From NCBI GenBank assembly GCA_027491395.1, contig JAOZFI010000030.1, positions 1 through 19,703 on the forward strand: a stretch of DNA of 19,703 bases, given 5' to 3'. Position 1 is the first letter of the stretch. Each line of letters begins with the position of its first letter. Below the pieces are notes generated by a model. That model was not told where the DNA came from and searched no databases. It saw only the letters and a program-made list of their open reading frames with translations. The translations under genes were made by a program, and so were the position numbers. This stretch comes from Thermoproteota archaeon. GTDB taxonomy: Archaea; Korarchaeota; Korarchaeia; Korarchaeales; Korarchaeaceae. Positions 9,771 through 17,666 of the stretch are shown piece by piece.

Positions 9771-10789
9771 GAGTGGCCGTTTTCGGGGCTTCAGGCTATA
9801 CCGGTGGGGAGCTACTGAGAATCTTGATCTCTCATCCGGCTTTTACTGTGACAGTTATCACGTCTAGGGAGTACTCAGGTAAGCCCGTCTACATGGCGCA
9901 TCCCCATCTGAAGGGGCTGCTCTCGCTGAAGTTCGTCAAGCTGGAGGAGGCCTTAAATAAGGAATTTGATTACGCGCTTCTCGCCCTCCCCCACGGCATC
10001 TCTAAAGAGGTGGTTCCCCTCTTGCTTGAGATGGGGGTGGGAGTGGTCGATCTGGGGGCTGATTTCAGGTTGAAGGACTCTTCCCTTTATGAGACGTGGT
10101 ATGGGTGGAAACACCCAAATCCTGAACTGCTGGAAGAGGCTGTTTACGGACTGCCCGAGCTGCACAGGGATGAGATAAGGAATGCAAGGCTTGTGGCCTC
10201 ACCGGGATGCAACGCGACAGCCACGATTCTGGCCTCCGCCCCCTTGGTTAAGCTGGGGGCGAGGAGGGTGCTCGCGGACGTCAAGGTCGGCAGCAGCGAA
10301 GCGGGCTCCAAACCATCGAGGGGGACCCACCATTCCGAGAGGAGCGGGGCCATAAGGCCCTATTCACCCTCAGGGCACAGGCATCAAGTGGAGGCGTCAC
10401 AGGAGCTCTCCCTGCTAGCAGAGGAGGAGGTGAGGGTCAGCATGGTACCTCACTCCGTCGGTTCCGTCAGGGGGGCCTTCGCCAGCGCGCACGCGGAGCT
10501 GGAGGTGGAAGAGGAAGAGCTTTGGAGGGCATTTGCCAGGTTCTACTCCAAAGAGCCCTTCGTCAGGGTGATGCAGAGGGGATCCTACCCGAATGTGAAG
10601 AACGTGCTAGGGAGCAACTTCGCTGACGTGGGGTTCGCATCGGATCCCTCTCTTCCTAGGGTGTCGGGGTTCGCGGCGATAGACAACCTCATGAAGGGGG
10701 CGGCTGGGCAGGCCATCCAGTCCCTCAACCTGATGGCGGGCTTAGAGGAGACCACTGGTCTGATGCATCCCCCACTCAGTCCAGCGTAG
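9767..10789 (+). CDS. lysY: LysW-aminoadipyl/glutamyl-phosphate reductase (LysY/ArgC family)
   Basis: Rossmann GASGYTGGEL, DLGADFRL, YGLPEL, catalytic PGCNAT, IDNLMKGAAGQA. Start placed at TTG 9767 (TTGA overlap with the argX stop, GGAGGTG at 9752-9758) rather than 9749. Confidence 0.92.
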   Translation: MRVAVFGASGYTGGELLRILISHPAFTVTVITSREYSGKPVYMAHPHLKGLLSLKFVKLEEALNKEFDYALLALPHGISKEVVPLLLEMGVGVVDLGADFRLKDSSLYETWYGWKHPNPELLEEAVYGLPELHRDEIRNARLVASPGCNATATILASAPLVKLGARRVLADVKVGSSEAGSKPSRGTHHSERSGAIRPYSPSGHRHQVEASQELSLLAEEEVRVSMVPHSVGSVRGAFASAHAELEVEEEELWRAFARFYSKEPFVRVMQRGSYPNVKNVLGSNFADVGFASDPSLPRVSGFAAIDNLMKGAAGQAIQSLNLMAGLEETTGLMHPPLSPA

Positions 10790-10797
10790 GTGGTGGC

Positions 10798-11580
10798 ATG
10801 ATAGTCGTGAAGGTGGGAGGGAGGACCCTCGACAACTTCCCCTCTATAGCCAAGGACTTGGGGAGACATCAGCCTTTCGTGCTAGTCCACGGTGGTGGTG
10901 ATCTGGTCACCGAGTACTCGAAGAGGATGGGGGTTGAGCCCAAGATAGTGGTATCGCCTTCAGGTATAAGGAGCAGGTACACCGACGAGGACGAGCTGGA
11001 GGTATTCACTATGGTGCTTGCTGGCAAGGTCAACAAGGAACTGGTCTCCATGCTCCTCGACTTGGGCATCCAAGCTGTGGGGATTTCTGGCGTGGACGGT
11101 CCCACATTGATCGCTAGGAGGAAGAAGAGGATAATCGTCTTGGAGAAGGGGAGAAGGCGAGTGATACCCGGGGGCTACACCGGGAAGATAGAGGAGGTCA
11201 GGGTGGATCTTATCCGCCTCCTCCTAGATTCTGGGTACAGCGCGGTCGTAGCCCCCCTAGCTAGGGGAACGGAAGGAGAGATGCTGAACGTGGACGGTGA
11301 TCAAGCCGCTTCCAAGCTCTCTATCGCTCTGAAGCCCGCGTACCTAATCTTGCTGTCCGATGTAGAGGGGGTAATGTTGGAAGGGGATGTCGTGAAGAGG
11401 CTGACGCCCATAGAAGCTGAGGAACTGGCTGCTAAGTTAGGGGCTGGTATGAACCGGAAGCTCATGATGGCCGCGGGGGTGGCGCGGTCCGGGGTGCGGG
11501 TCGCCATCTCTAGCGGCTTGGTGGACGAACCCGTTACCCATGCCTTAAACGGCGCTGGCACTCACGTCGTTCCCAGCTAG
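10798..11580 (+). CDS. lysZ: LysW-aminoadipate/glutamate kinase (LysZ/ArgB family)
   Basis: VVKVGG, VHGGG, SPSGIRSRYTD, GGYTGKI, LNVDGD, GMNRKL; GGTGG ribosome-binding site. Confidence 0.92.
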   Translation: MIVVKVGGRTLDNFPSIAKDLGRHQPFVLVHGGGDLVTEYSKRMGVEPKIVVSPSGIRSRYTDEDELEVFTMVLAGKVNKELVSMLLDLGIQAVGISGVDGPTLIARRKKRIIVLEKGRRRVIPGGYTGKIEEVRVDLIRLLLDSGYSAVVAPLARGTEGEMLNVDGDQAASKLSIALKPAYLILLSDVEGVMLEGDVVKRLTPIEAEELAAKLGAGMNRKLMMAAGVARSGVRVAISSGLVDEPVTHALNGAGTHVVPS

Positions 11581-11620
11581 GAATTTTCCATTATTTTCCG
11601 AAATTCGTCCTATACAGTTC

Positions 11621-11642
11621 GAGAATAACGTTTATATTATAA
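11621..11642 (+). promoter_or_regulatory. Internal BRE/TATA promoter for lysW-lysX-lysJ-lysK
   Basis: GAGAATAACG-TTTATATTATAA in the only sizeable (89 nt) AT-rich gap in the cluster, ~30 nt before the lysW ATG. Confidence 0.65.
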
Positions 11643-11669
11643 GGTATTCGTATCACATGGTGCGAAGAT

Positions 11670-11840
11670 ATGGAGGCCGAGTGTCCCATCTGCGGTTCCC
11701 CCGTTGAACTCCCCGACGATGTCATGGCGGGAGAGCTCCTCGAGTGTCCCTCCTGTGGAGCCACATTGGAGGTATACGAGCAGAATGGAACGTTCCTGCT
11801 GAAGGAGGCTGAGGAAATAGGCGAGGACTGGGGAGAATGA
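11670..11840 (+). CDS. lysW: LysW amino-group carrier protein (56 aa; absent from the ORF track)
   Basis: Hand translation MEAECPICGSPVELPDDVMAGELLECPSCGATLEVYEQNGTFLLKEAEEIGEDWGE: two CxxC zinc knuckles, acidic, diagnostic C-terminal EDWGE; ATGA overlap with lysX. Confidence 0.97.
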   Translation: MEAECPICGSPVELPDDVMAGELLECPSCGATLEVYEQNGTFLLKEAEEIGEDWGE

Positions 11841-12670
11841 GGGTAGCCTTGGTCTATGAGAGGTTGAGGGAGGAGGAAAGGCAGCTCATAAGGGCCATTG
11901 GGGAGCTGGGGCACGAGCCAGTACGGTTGCATCTCAGCTCCAAATTCCTCCCGCTTGATCACGGGGAGACCTTCGAGGCCGAAGCGGCCCTGATAAGGGC
12001 GATCAGCGCCACCAAAGCGCACGCGTCGGCTGTGACCTTGTCAAGCTTGGGGGTAAGGGTGGTTAACTCGCCCGAGGTTTTGTCGATCTGCGGGAACAAG
12101 CTGACAACAACGGTCAAACTTTCAGAGGCCGGAATTCCCACGCCAAAGACGGCAGTAGCGTTCTCGCTTGAGGGTGCCTTGGAGGCAGCGAAGTCCATAG
12201 GATACCCCGTGGTGATTAAACCCGTCAACGGGAGCTGGGGTCGACTGGTGTCCTTGGCGCAGGATGAAGAGGAGCTGAGGACCATATTGGAGCATCGGGA
12301 GGCAATTCCATCCCCTTACTACAGGATCCATTACATTCAGGAATTCATAAGGAAGCCCGGGAGGGACATAAGGGCTTACGGAACAGAGGAGACCTTCATC
12401 ACGGCCATTTACAGGGTATCAAATCACTGGGTCACCAACACGGCAAGGGGTGCGAAGGCCGTACCGGCTGAGTACAGAGAGGAACTCGCTGACCTCGTTA
12501 TTAGAACCGCTGAAGCTATGGGAGGTGGGTTCCTTGGCGTTGATATAGCTGAGGACGAGGAGAGGGGACTCGTAGTGATGGAGGTGAATGGAGTCACCGA
12601 GTTCAAGAACGCCGCCCGCGTGACAGGCGTTGACATCGCGAGGGAGCTCGTGAGTTACGCGGTGAGGTGA
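11837..12670 (+). CDS. lysX: Alpha-aminoadipate--LysW ligase (LysX)
   Basis: YERLREEE, CGNK, KPVNGSWGR, YIQEFIRKPGRDIR, AIYR..HWVTNTARG, EVNGVTEFKN; directly after lysW. Confidence 0.9.
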   Translation: MRVALVYERLREEERQLIRAIGELGHEPVRLHLSSKFLPLDHGETFEAEAALIRAISATKAHASAVTLSSLGVRVVNSPEVLSICGNKLTTTVKLSEAGIPTPKTAVAFSLEGALEAAKSIGYPVVIKPVNGSWGRLVSLAQDEEELRTILEHREAIPSPYYRIHYIQEFIRKPGRDIRAYGTEETFITAIYRVSNHWVTNTARGAKAVPAEYREELADLVIRTAEAMGGGFLGVDIAEDEERGLVVMEVNGVTEFKNAARVTGVDIARELVSYAVR

Positions 12671-12674
12671 ATAG

Positions 12675-13820
12675 ATGGTCTCACTGATCTCATTCTACGG
12701 GTTCAGAGGACTCAAGCTCGTTAAAGGGGAAGGCCAGTACGTGTGGGACTCGGAGGGTAGACGCTACCTCGATGCCCACACGGGTCACGGAGCTGCTTTC
12801 CTCGGGCACAGGCCTCCTAGAGTGGTGAAGGCCATCCAAGAGCAGATGGACTCGATAATGGTGGTCACCCCTAGCTTCGTGAGCGAATCCATGGAGAGGT
12901 GCCTCTCCTCATTGAGATGGGTTCTCCCCAAGGGGTTGAACCATGTGTACTTCCAGAACAGCGGTACCGAGGCCGTGGAGCTGGCGTTGAAGCTAGCCTT
13001 CAGGGCAACGGGTAGGAAGGGGGTGGTAGCCTTCATGGGGGGCTTCCACGGTAGGACTCTGGGCTCCCTCTCCGCTACTTGGAACCCGAAATACAGAGAA
13101 GGCTATCCCTTAATCGACGTGAGGTTCGGGAGGTTCAACGATTCTTCTTCAGCCGATCTGATAGATGAGGAGGTCGCAGCGGTCATAGTCGAGCCTATCC
13201 AAGGAGAAAGTGGCGTCAGACCTTCGACACCAGAGTTCCTCAGGGCGTTGAGGGAGGCCTGCGAGGAGCACGGCTCCGTCCTGATATTCGATGAGATCCA
13301 GAGCGGGTTCGGCAGGACCGGCGAGGTGTGGGCCCACAGGACTAGAGGAGTCGAACCGGACGTCATGACCGCCGGCAAGAGTATTGGTGGTGGATTTCCT
13401 GTCAGCGTGGTGGCAGCTAAGGAGTGGGTAATCGAATCCCTCAAAGGAGGAGAGCACGGTTCCACCCACGGAGGCAATCCACTGGCCTGCGCTGCTGTCT
13501 ACGGAGGTATATCCACCCTGCTAGAGGATGACGTACCATCCAGAGCCGCTAAGATGGGTAAGGAATTAATTAAGGGATTGAAGGGCATTGAATCGCGCCT
13601 AATAAGGGACGTGAGGGGAGAAGGACTCATGATCGGGGTTGAACTTAGGGCTGACGTCGGACCCGTCCTCAGGAGGCTGCAACAGAGGGGGATCTTGGCT
13701 CTCAAAGCGGGAAGGACTGTTCTCAGGCTGCTTCCCCCTTATCTGATAACGGAGGAGGACGTTGGAAGGATCGTGGAGGAGGTAGAGAGTGCCCTCATCA
13801 ACGGAATCGGGAGTCGATGA
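12675..13820 (+). CDS. lysJ: LysW-semialdehyde aminotransferase, class III PLP (LysJ/ArgD family)
   Basis: NSGTEAVE, FHGRTLG, EPIQGE, DEIQSGFGRTG, PLP lysine in TAGKSIGGG, HGSTHGGNP; GAGGTGA ribosome-binding site. Confidence 0.92.
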   Translation: MVSLISFYGFRGLKLVKGEGQYVWDSEGRRYLDAHTGHGAAFLGHRPPRVVKAIQEQMDSIMVVTPSFVSESMERCLSSLRWVLPKGLNHVYFQNSGTEAVELALKLAFRATGRKGVVAFMGGFHGRTLGSLSATWNPKYREGYPLIDVRFGRFNDSSSADLIDEEVAAVIVEPIQGESGVRPSTPEFLRALREACEEHGSVLIFDEIQSGFGRTGEVWAHRTRGVEPDVMTAGKSIGGGFPVSVVAAKEWVIESLKGGEHGSTHGGNPLACAAVYGGISTLLEDDVPSRAAKMGKELIKGLKGIESRLIRDVRGEGLMIGVELRADVGPVLRRLQQRGILALKAGRTVLRLLPPYLITEEDVGRIVEEVESALINGIGSR

Positions 13821-14820
13821 GATCCTGATCAAACTCTTGAGGGCTTACAGCCCTACCGGCCGGGAGGAGAACGCTAGGAATGTGATAGTGGAGATTTGCG
13901 AGGATCTCGGATTGAGGGTCGAGATTGACGAGGTGGGGAACGTCCTCGCTAGTAAAGGAGTAGGTGGCAGGGTGTGGCTCGTCGGTCACTACGACACGGT
14001 CCCCGGGAGGATTCCCGTCAGGAGAAGAGGAGGCGTGATCTCCGGCAGGGGAGCTGTGGATGCGAAGGGGCCCCTCTCAGCAATGCTGATGGCGGCATCC
14101 CTCTCCAAATCGCCTGTGACGGTCGCGGCTCTCGTTGGTGAGGAGGGGGACAGCAGGGGGGCCAGACACCTGCTTACTAGGGAACTCCCACCCTTCGCGG
14201 TTATAGGGGAGCCCTCCAACAAAACCGGAGTCATAATAGCCTACAGGGGAGGGGCTCACCTTACCTTGAGGTGTAAAGCGGAGGGAGGTCACTCCTCATC
14301 TCCCGGAGTATCTGCAGTGGATCTGCTCATCGAATCAATCCTGAAAATGAGGGAACTGGCTCCAAGTAGGGAGTACGATGATCCTAGCATAGCGGTTACC
14401 ATGATCAGGGGTGGAGAGGCATCTAACGTCCTTCCTAAAAAGGCAGAGGCTGTACTAGACCTGAGAGTCCCTCCAAGAGCAGATCTAGATTCCACAATTG
14501 ATGATATGGCGAGTAAGGTATCAAGTGATTGTGAGCTGGATGTCGGGTGGACGGTCCCTCCGGTCTCCGTCAAGCCCAGCGACCCAGTTCCTAGAGCCCT
14601 CACGAGATCCATCATATCCCTCGGTGGGAAGCCCAAGCTGCTGAGGAAATACGGATCAAGCGACATGAACTTACTCTACGGCAGTGTTAAGAGTATAGCA
14701 GCCTACGGGCCCGGTGATGGGAAACTAGCGCACACAGATAAGGAATTCGTCCGTATAAAGGACTTGGAGTTCTCAGTTAATGTCTACATGAAGACGGTGG
14801 AGTATCTCACCTCCAAATGA
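13789..14820 (+). CDS. lysK: LysW-lysine/ornithine hydrolase, M20 family (LysK/ArgE family)
   Basis: YSPTGRE, GHYDTVPG, GRGAVDAKG, GEE, GEPS, GSSDMN, YGPGD...HTDKE metal-binding motifs; overlaps the lysJ end. Confidence 0.92.
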   Translation: MPSSTESGVDEILIKLLRAYSPTGREENARNVIVEICEDLGLRVEIDEVGNVLASKGVGGRVWLVGHYDTVPGRIPVRRRGGVISGRGAVDAKGPLSAMLMAASLSKSPVTVAALVGEEGDSRGARHLLTRELPPFAVIGEPSNKTGVIIAYRGGAHLTLRCKAEGGHSSSPGVSAVDLLIESILKMRELAPSREYDDPSIAVTMIRGGEASNVLPKKAEAVLDLRVPPRADLDSTIDDMASKVSSDCELDVGWTVPPVSVKPSDPVPRALTRSIISLGGKPKLLRKYGSSDMNLLYGSVKSIAAYGPGDGKLAHTDKEFVRIKDLEFSVNVYMKTVEYLTSK

Positions 14821-14963
14821 CGGCTGTGCGCGGACGATACCGGTGCTTTCTATCGTATTGCCCGCGCGAGTAAATACTGTTCCTCCAACTATAAATGGAG
14901 GACCCGACTGATTGAGAGGGCTAATCAGCGTCTGGATCGGGTGGTGGGGGAGAAATTCAGCCG
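14821..14963. ncRNA. Candidate structured RNA or miniature element (closing stem plus three arms)
   Basis: CGGCTG/CAGCCG closing stem; GCGCGG-ACGATA / TATCGT..CCGCGC; TCCTCCA/TGGAGGA; CCCGA-CTGATT / AATCAG..TCGGG. No known family recognised. Confidence 0.5.
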
Positions 14964-14969
14964 CAGAAG

Positions 14970-16088
14970 GTGAGGCTGTCGGAGCTGCTGAAGGAGAAAC
15001 TATCTGTGAGAGAGGAACTGGCATCCAAACTAGACAGGATGGAGAGAAAGGAGGCCTTGGATGACGGCCACGCACATAGAGAGCCCATACCCTGTGGGCT
15101 AACCGTTCATCCGGGTAGGGGTTGCACCTACGCTTGCATCTACTGCTACGTGGAGGACATGGGCGTACCTCGGAGGCCGGAGCCGTCCCGCTTGTCAGGC
15201 TTGCAACTGGCCTATGCTATCGCTTCAAATCCATACACACTCCTCGGGAAGGGAGGGACGTTTCTGGCGTTCGGCTCGGTCACCGAGCCGTTTCTGCCAG
15301 CTATTAAGGGGAGGACCCTCGAGTACTTGGAGGCCATATCTCGCTACTTGAGAAACCCAACCCAATTCTCGACGAAGGCCTACCTCAGCGAGGAGGATGC
15401 TGAGAGGATCTCATCTCTCGATCCCTCAGTTAGCGCCTTGGTCACCATCCCAGCACTTAGGTGGGCGGGGAGGCTAGAACCTAAGGCTCCCTCTCCAGAA
15501 CTGAGGTTCAGGACCCTCAGCAACCTGCTACAGCGAGGGATACATGCATCACTCTTCCTCCGGCCGCTGATCCCAGGAGTGAGTGAGGCCGATGGTACTC
15601 TGATACTGAATAGGGCCGCCAGCTTGGGCGTGAAGGGAGTAGTGCTGGGAGCACTCAGGGTGACCCTCCGCATCCTTAGGAAGCTCGAAGCCTTGGGTTT
15701 GGAGGACCTAGTTGACAGGATGGTCAGGGAGCCGAAAAGTCCCAATGATCAGGTGCCACTGAATACGGGAGATCTGAAGAGAATGCTCTCGTCGAGGGCA
15801 AGGGTCTTGGGTCTCAAGGTTTTCCCTTCAGCCTGCTCTGCCAATGTAGATGCCCATGATCTCGGATGTCACATGTGTAACATGGGTCCCTGCAACGGCT
15901 CTCTGCCCGATTACGATCCCGAAGAGATAGAACAGGCCCTGAGAGGTATGGGAATTGAGGTTAAGATAGTCCCAAAGGACAGGAAGATACTAGCACTGGT
16001 GAAAGGAGGATCTAAGAGAATGAGGAGGGTACAGCACTTAGTCTCCACAACTACCAAAAGGATGATTACCGTTAGGTCGGTGAGGTAG
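14970..16088 (+). CDS. Radical SAM protein, SplB/photolyase-like, function unknown
   Basis: CTYACIYC (CxxxCxxC), FGSVTEPF, STK, LFLRPLIPG; extra C-terminal cysteine cluster CSA...CHMC...C. Confidence 0.85.
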   Translation: MRLSELLKEKLSVREELASKLDRMERKEALDDGHAHREPIPCGLTVHPGRGCTYACIYCYVEDMGVPRRPEPSRLSGLQLAYAIASNPYTLLGKGGTFLAFGSVTEPFLPAIKGRTLEYLEAISRYLRNPTQFSTKAYLSEEDAERISSLDPSVSALVTIPALRWAGRLEPKAPSPELRFRTLSNLLQRGIHASLFLRPLIPGVSEADGTLILNRAASLGVKGVVLGALRVTLRILRKLEALGLEDLVDRMVREPKSPNDQVPLNTGDLKRMLSSRARVLGLKVFPSACSANVDAHDLGCHMCNMGPCNGSLPDYDPEEIEQALRGMGIEVKIVPKDRKILALVKGGSKRMRRVQHLVSTTTKRMITVRSVR

Positions 16089-16281
16089 GTAGCCGGAGAT
16101 GTGAGGAAATGATCATCGAACAGCTGCAGGTTAAGCGACATCTATACATTCGGCAAATCACCCCTATTAATAGTAGAAAAATATACATTTCAATTCCCTA
16201 GTTGCATTTAATTCTTTAACCATTATCTAGTTCAACGCGTTTTCCTCGAGATCCTTTGTTGCGTTCGCCTACTCATTTGTC

Positions 16282-16315
16282 TATGACTTATTTACATTTA
16301 TGACTTATTTACATT
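16282..16315. repeat. Perfect 17-bp tandem duplication TATGACTTATTTACATT x2
   Basis: Copies at 16282-16298 and 16299-16315, 40 nt upstream of the antitoxin ATG. Confidence 0.9.
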
Positions 16316-16320
16316 GGTTA

Positions 16321-16341
16321 GACATATTAACCATTTATGTC
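16321..16341. promoter_or_regulatory. Inverted repeat GACATA-N9-TATGTC, possible autorepression operator of the vapBC pair
   Basis: 6-bp arms overlapping the likely promoter position just upstream of the antitoxin start. Confidence 0.35.
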
Positions 16342-16355
16342 CCTAAATATACAAT

Positions 16356-16589
16356 ATGCTGAGCGTGAGAATTGGTGAGGACCTGAAGGAAAAGATGCCC
16401 AAATATAAGCACGTGAATTGGAGTGAGGTGATAAGGAGGAGTATTAGGAAGGAGCTGAAGAATTTAGAGAGAAGAGATCTGGCCAGAGCTCTGTTGTTAA
16501 ATGAGAAGTATCTAGTGAAGCCCGATGAGGGTTTCTCCAGCGTAAAGGAGATCAGAAAGTGGAAGGAGCTTGGATGGCCAAGAGGGTGA
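16356..16589 (+). CDS. vapB: VapB-type ribbon-helix-helix antitoxin
   Basis: LSVRI..DLKEKM...VNWSEVIRRSI and C-terminal SVKEIRKWK typical of archaeal antitoxins; overlaps a PIN-domain gene. Confidence 0.8.
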   Translation: MLSVRIGEDLKEKMPKYKHVNWSEVIRRSIRKELKNLERRDLARALLLNEKYLVKPDEGFSSVKEIRKWKELGWPRG

Positions 16590-17004
16590 TCCCAGATGCT
16601 TCTGTCGTAGCCAAGTGGTATCTGCTAGAGGAGGATAGGGAAGAGGCGTTAAAACTGAGGGACGATTACCTCAACGGCCTGGTGCAGATCTCTGTTCCTA
16701 GTATCCTTCATTTCTAGGTCCTGAATGCTCTGAGGTATAGCAGTAGGGGGAGATATCTGAGGAGCAGTTACGTGGAATAACTAGGAGCCTATCACTCTAT
16801 GGCTTCGAGGTATACGATCTATCGGATGAGGAATATGCTAACGAAGTAGCCAAATTATCTCTGAGAAAAGGGATCTCTGTTTACGATTCAAGCTACGTAG
16901 CTCTAGCTAAGATGCTGAAAGCATGCCTATACACGGCAGATGAGAAGCTCCTCGAGAAGTTAGATGAGGAGAGATCCTTCTGCCATCTTATATCTGATTA
17001 CTAA
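16574..17004 (+). pseudogene. vapC: VapC PIN-domain toxin pseudogene
   Basis: MAKRVIPDASVVAKWY...PSILHF*VLNALRY with TAG at 16715-16717, a frameshift near the G5 run 16746-16750, then ...GISVYDSSYVALAKMLKACLYTADEKL...* (TAA 17002-17004). Confidence 0.9.
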
Positions 17005-17395
17005 GTATCGAAAGGTTATCTCTACCTTTTCATTTTACTCCGTTATCAAGCTCTTTAGCTAAAACAATTACGGATTTGTGGGAAGATCAGCTCTGGATAG
17101 GGACTACTTACCGCTTGCATATATGGTACTCCCCGATTTGATATTATAGACTGAGATAATAGCGCCATTCTAATGGCCCTCCTCCCAGTCACACACCTCC
17201 CATAAACATCTGCACTGCGTCTCGGTTCGCTGCGTCCACTAGTATTATTGCTAGTACCTCGATAGATAGAACTACGGGCAACCTGCCTGTTCAAATGTAT
17301 CACAAACCCCATCAGGGTTATCCAAGAAAGTGGAGTTAGGGAACGATGTTCAGACGACAGCCCACCAAGTCCTCTTGAGGGGGGAATATTTGCAA

Positions 17396-17599
17396 TTATC
17401 TCGGAACTAGCTTCTTCAATGCCTCCACATTCCATGGATGGACAGTCTTCCTCCTCCTATCCACCGGTATTCCCTTTCTTCTTGCTTCTGTTACGGATAT
17501 CCCAGCCTATTTTAGCTCTCCTAGGCTGAATCCCCTGCCCAACCTTTTCCTCTCTTTCTTTCTAGTGGAGATCAGGACCAAGGGGCTCAGCGATCTCAT
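17396..17599 (-). pseudogene. rpl13e: 50S ribosomal protein L13e with one in-frame TAG (codon 31)
   Basis: Hand translation [75 protein letters not shown] and GIPVDxRRKT..NVE are L13e signatures. TAG at 17507-17509. Confidence 0.88.
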
Positions 17600-17620
17600 A
17601 GGTCATCAAGTGGAGCTGAG

Positions 17621-17634
17621 AGTAATAAACCTAA
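17621..17634 (-). promoter_or_regulatory. TATA box for a probably leaderless rpl13e transcript
   Basis: Minus strand TTAGGTTTATTACT, with TTTATTA ending ~23 nt before the ATG at 17599. Confidence 0.45.
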
Positions 17635-17666
17635 CAGCGCATCAAAGGGTAATCTTCAAATAGTAT

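Noticed and set aside
11591-12022. 143-aa minus-strand ORF, and the other short ORFs nested within long genes
   Set aside because: Antisense or alternate-frame shadows of well-supported genes (here lysW/lysX), with no motifs of their own.
14821-14963. Lysine riboswitch, tRNA, 5S rRNA, hammerhead or canonical H/ACA identity for the structured element
   Set aside because: No lysine-riboswitch core and it lies downstream of the lys genes; no T-loop; three arms rather than the two of 5S; CTGATTGA is not CUGANGA; no clear K-turn or pseudouridylation pocket.
16282-16315. CRISPR array
   Set aside because: Two 17-bp copies with no spacer, and no cas genes in the window.
17055-17435. 126-aa minus-strand ORF
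   Set aside because: Starts out of frame inside rpl13e and has no recognisable motifs; the region may hold another decayed remnant that I cannot identify.
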